A stretch of 48,944 nucleotides of DNA. It comes from an uncultured Anaerolineaceae bacterium. GTDB taxonomy: Bacteria > Chloroflexota > Anaerolineae > Anaerolineales > E44-bin32. The position numbers and the translations under genes were made by a program. Of this stretch, positions 45,888 to 48,944 are shown piece after piece. The stretch covers positions 1 to 48,944 of the forward strand of contig CAZPZD010000009.1 in assembly GCA_964590515.1 (NCBI GenBank), given 5' to 3'. Within the stretch, counting starts at the first letter, position 1. The number at the start of each line of letters is the position of its first letter. Below the pieces are notes generated by a model. That model saw nothing but the letters and a program-made list of their open reading frames with translations. It was not told the DNA's origin and made no database searches.

Positions 45888-47015
45888 TCACAGGTTGCCG
45901 CGCCGTTCCTGCTCCAGTTCAAGCGCCTCAAATAGGGCCTTGAAGTTGCCTTTTCCGAATCCGCGGCTGCCGTGGCGCTGGATCACTTCGATGAAGGAGG
46001 TCGGTCGGTCCTGAATCGGACGTGAGAAGATCTGCAGCAGGTAGCCCTCATCGTCCCGGTCGACCAATACGCCTCGTTCGGCGATCTGCTCCCAAGGTTC
46101 CTCGATCTCTCCCACCCGATCGGCCATCAGGTCGTAGTACGCGTCCGGGATTCGCAGGAACTCGATCCCGCGGGCCCGCAGCTCGCCAACCGTTTGCAAG
46201 ATGTCGCCGGTGGCCATGGCGATGTGCTGGACGCCCGGCCCCAGGTAGAAGTCGAGATACTCCTCGATTTGGCTCTTGCGCTTGCCCTCGGCCGGCTCGT
46301 TGATCGGAAACTTGATCCGGCCGGTCCCGTCCTGCATGACCTTCGACATGAGGGCGGAATACTCGGTCCCGATGTCCTGGTCGCTAAAGGCAATAAGCTG
46401 CCGGAAGCCCATCACCCGGTGATAGAAGTTCACCCAGTGATTCATCTTGCCCAGTTGGACGTTCCCCACCACGTGGTCGAACGCCACCAACCCGGTCGGC
46501 TCGCTGGGGAGATCGAGAGGCCGGTAGCTGGGCGCGAAGGCGCCTCCATAATCTGCCCGGTCAACGAAGACGTGCAACACCTCTCCGTAAGTGTGGATGG
46601 CCGCAGTGCGCAGGATCCCATGGTCGTCCTTCTGCTCGCGCGGTGCCCAGGCGGCCACTGCTCCAAGCTCGGTCGTGATCCGGTAGGCGGCCTCCACGTC
46701 GTCCACTTCCAACGCGATCACCTTGACCCCGTCCCCATGGAGCATTTGGTGGGCGGCAATCTCGTCGGTTGGGCTGTAGGCGGCGGTGAGCACAAAACGG
46801 ATCTTGCCGGACTCCAGCACGTAGGAGGCAAAGCGCCGGTTGCCGGTCTCCAGGCCGGAATAGGCTACCGGTTTGAAGCCAAAACCCTTCCACCAGTAGT
46901 ACATCGATTGCTTGGCATTCCCCACCCAGAACTCGAGGTGGTCGATGGCCTTGATCTGGAGGAAGTCGGCCTCTTCGGTGATCGGGCGCTCAGCCAGCTT
47001 GGCCAGGTCGGTCAT
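45888..47015 (-). CDS. hppD: 4-hydroxyphenylpyruvate dioxygenase
   Basis: DHVVGNV, FPINEP, SQIEEYL, GVQHIA, YLLQIF, FIEVIQR, GFGKGNFKALFEALE. Confidence 0.97.
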   Translation of the reverse strand: MTDLAKLAERPITEEADFLQIKAIDHLEFWVGNAKQSMYYWWKGFGFKPVAYSGLETGNRRFASYVLESGKIRFVLTAAYSPTDEIAAHQMLHGDGVKVIALEVDDVEAAYRITTELGAVAAWAPREQKDDHGILRTAAIHTYGEVLHVFVDRADYGGAFAPSYRPLDLPSEPTGLVAFDHVVGNVQLGKMNHWVNFYHRVMGFRQLIAFSDQDIGTEYSALMSKVMQDGTGRIKFPINEPAEGKRKSQIEEYLDFYLGPGVQHIAMATGDILQTVGELRARGIEFLRIPDAYYDLMADRVGEIEEPWEQIAERGVLVDRDDEGYLLQIFSRPIQDRPTSFIEVIQRHGSRGFGKGNFKALFEALELEQERRGNL

Positions 47016-47088
47016 CTGCGGCTCCTAGATCGCATGGGGTCAGACGATCGATTTCGATTCTATCACCCACCCCCAAACCGGCCGTGCT

Positions 47089-48944
47089 TCATGGTTTGAG
47101 GTGCTGTTCGAAGAATTCGGTAATGGCGTTGTAGCAGCGGACCCGGTTCTCAAACTTGAGCACGTCGTGGCCTTCGTCCTCGAAGACCAAGAGGTCGACC
47201 TGCTTGCTCTGGCCTTTCAACGCCTCGACCAGATCCCGAGACTCCTGCACCACGACCCGGGGATCGTTTGCGCCCTGGATCACAAGCAGCGGACAGGCGA
47301 GCCGGTGAAGGTGGGTGCGTGGCGAGCGCTCGACCAGCTCCTCATGATCGGCAGGATCCTCCGGGTCCCCAACCACCAGTTTGTAGTAGGGCTTCCAGGT
47401 CGGGGGAATCCGCTCGGAGAAGGTAACTAGATCGTAAGGGCCAAACATATCCACCGCCGCGGCCCACAGCTCGGGGTGTCGCCCGGCCAGCATCAGCGAC
47501 ATATACCCGCCGTAGGAGCGCCCCACCACCCCGCTCCGCCGAGTGTCGAGCCGTGGATCCTCTGCCAGCAATTTCAGCCCGTGCACGAAGTCGAGCCGAT
47601 CCTTTCCGCCCCAATCGCGATCGACGTGCTTGGTATAGGCCAACCCATACCCTGTGCTCCCCCGCACGTTCGGCACAAACACCCCGAAACCCCTCAGCGT
47701 GAGGAACTGGATCAGGGGCATCGAAAACCAGGTGAAGTCCGGCCGCTCCTGGCTTTGCGGTCCGCCATGCACATAGAGCACGAGCGGACGCGGTCCCTCA
47801 TAGCCCAGCGGCTCGGCCGGCAAGTACAACCTGGCCGAGACCTCCAGGCCGTCATGCGACTCGAAGGACGCTTCTTCGCCGCTCGACATCCATTCTTGGG
47901 GAATCCCGAGCACCCGCTCCCGAGTATGGGCTGTCAGTCGATCGCGGCTGGGTCCATTCAGGGTGTATATCTGGGCCGGCAAAGTGGCGGTAGAAAAGGC
48001 CAGTGAGTAGCTGTCCGAGCGCTTGTCGTAATGCTCCGCCTCCAGCACACCCTGGTTCAGATCGCCCTGACCCCACAGGACTTGCTCGAGATTCATTTCC
48101 AGCTTGCCCTCATCGAAGGTCCCTTCGTAGCCCCATGAACAGCCGTCGATGTTGTACTGGACCAGGAAGCGATCGTCCTTCAGGTGCTCCAGCTTGTAGA
48201 GCTCACCGCGGCCGGTATGGCGAGGCTGGCTGACCCGCACCGGCTGGACCTCCTTCTTGCCATCCAGGCTCAGGTAGCCCAGACTAAAGGTGTCCTCAAA
48301 GAGGGCGGTGACGAATAGCAGCCCACGGTCCTTGCCAGTGAACTGGCAATTGAAGATTGCACTGAGGGGTACTGAATCGCCAAGCTCCCGCTCTTCGAGC
48401 GGCTTACCATGGAGCAAGCGAGGTTCCCCTTTCCCCTTCTCCCACAGGCGGAGCACATTGTCCCCAAGTGTGTAGCCCTCTCGCAGGAGCACTTTGGAGT
48501 GATCCGCGTTTACGGCATTTACATAACCGGATCGGTGGCCGAGTTCGCCCCATGGACTACCCGCCAAGCGAGTGAGGCTCCAAGCCGGCCCAAGCCGGGC
48601 TTGAAAGGCCTCGACGAGCTGTTCCTTTCTGGATTCGGCTGCGAAGTACGCAAGCCCATCCGCTGGGTAGCACTTCTCCAGGTGGACCCGATAGCCCCGG
48701 AACTGTTCTCCGAAAGCCGGCTCCGGTATCCCGCCTGACAGCGGCACGAGCATGGGCTGATAGTTCTCATCTCCGTTGGCGTCGATCATCACCAGCAGCT
48801 TGTCCAATTCCGGCAACAGGTAGAACGAATAGCCCGTCATCAGGGTCGGGTTTTGTAGCGCGATATCCGGGGGCAACAACGGCTCGGGCACGCTGCCGCC
48901 GGTGTCCATGGCATACAGGCTGAGCTTGCCCGACAAGTTGCTGA
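47089..48944 (-). CDS. S9-family peptidase (acylaminoacyl/prolyl oligopeptidase-like), 5'-truncated by the window end
   Basis: YVHGGP, NVRGSTGYG, nucleophile GRSYGG, GANDPRV and EGH; the frame is open to the window edge. Confidence 0.92.
   Translation of the reverse strand, partial: SNLSGKLSLYAMDTGGSVPEPLLPPDIALQNPTLMTGYSFYLLPELDKLLVMIDANGDENYQPMLVPLSGGIPEPAFGEQFRGYRVHLEKCYPADGLAYFAAESRKEQLVEAFQARLGPAWSLTRLAGSPWGELGHRSGYVNAVNADHSKVLLREGYTLGDNVLRLWEKGKGEPRLLHGKPLEERELGDSVPLSAIFNCQFTGKDRGLLFVTALFEDTFSLGYLSLDGKKEVQPVRVSQPRHTGRGELYKLEHLKDDRFLVQYNIDGCSWGYEGTFDEGKLEMNLEQVLWGQGDLNQGVLEAEHYDKRSDSYSLAFSTATLPAQIYTLNGPSRDRLTAHTRERVLGIPQEWMSSGEEASFESHDGLEVSARLYLPAEPLGYEGPRPLVLYVHGGPQSQERPDFTWFSMPLIQFLTLRGFGVFVPNVRGSTGYGLAYTKHVDRDWGGKDRLDFVHGLKLLAEDPRLDTRRSGVVGRSYGGYMSLMLAGRHPELWAAAVDMFGPYDLVTFSERIPPTWKPYYKLVVGDPEDPADHEELVERSPRTHLHRLACPLLVIQGANDPRVVVQESRDLVEALKGQSKQVDLLVFEDEGHDVLKFENRVRCYNAITEFFEQHLKP

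Noticed and set aside
1-48944. CRISPR arrays, tRNA/rRNA, IS/integrase, prophage, selenocysteine or frameshift recoding
   Set aside because: No repeat-spacer periodicity, cloverleaf, transposase or phage motifs, or interrupted conserved ORFs were seen by eye. Short RNAs could be missed without covariance-model searches.

Overview
GC-rich, gene-dense chromosomal window with about 46 CDSs and no CRISPR array, rRNA, tRNA, transposase or prophage that I can see. Gene content suggests Chloroflexota, probably Anaerolineae-like (inference). A near-consensus parS site at 8336-8351 suggests an origin-proximal location. The window holds housekeeping genes (pcm, apt-like, tmk, gmk, lipA, csaA, a TrxR-like FNR, an Fpg/Nei glycosylase) and a GntR/YtrA-YhfC-ABC-methyltransferase operon. 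It also holds an ECF transporter with an AIR-synthase-like enzyme, a metal-homeostasis neighbourhood (FeoB, membrane-anchored DtxR-FeoA fusion, ZIP, MntR/DtxR, VIT1) with shared operator boxes, an ECF sigma/anti-sigma pair and hppD-fahA-hmgA tyrosine catabolism. The best novelty candidates are (1) an MrfA/Hrq1-type DExH helicase with an apparently intact HNH nuclease inserted in frame just before its DUF1998 domain, (2) a lipoprotein fusing a metal-ligand-dead MBL-fold domain to an intact lysyl-oxidase domain, (3) the membrane-tethered DtxR-FeoA-FeoA regulator, (4) probable non-canonical start codons in the GntR operon and (5) three unexplained intergenic rod-like hairpins. All family calls come from motif recognition by eye, not database searches.
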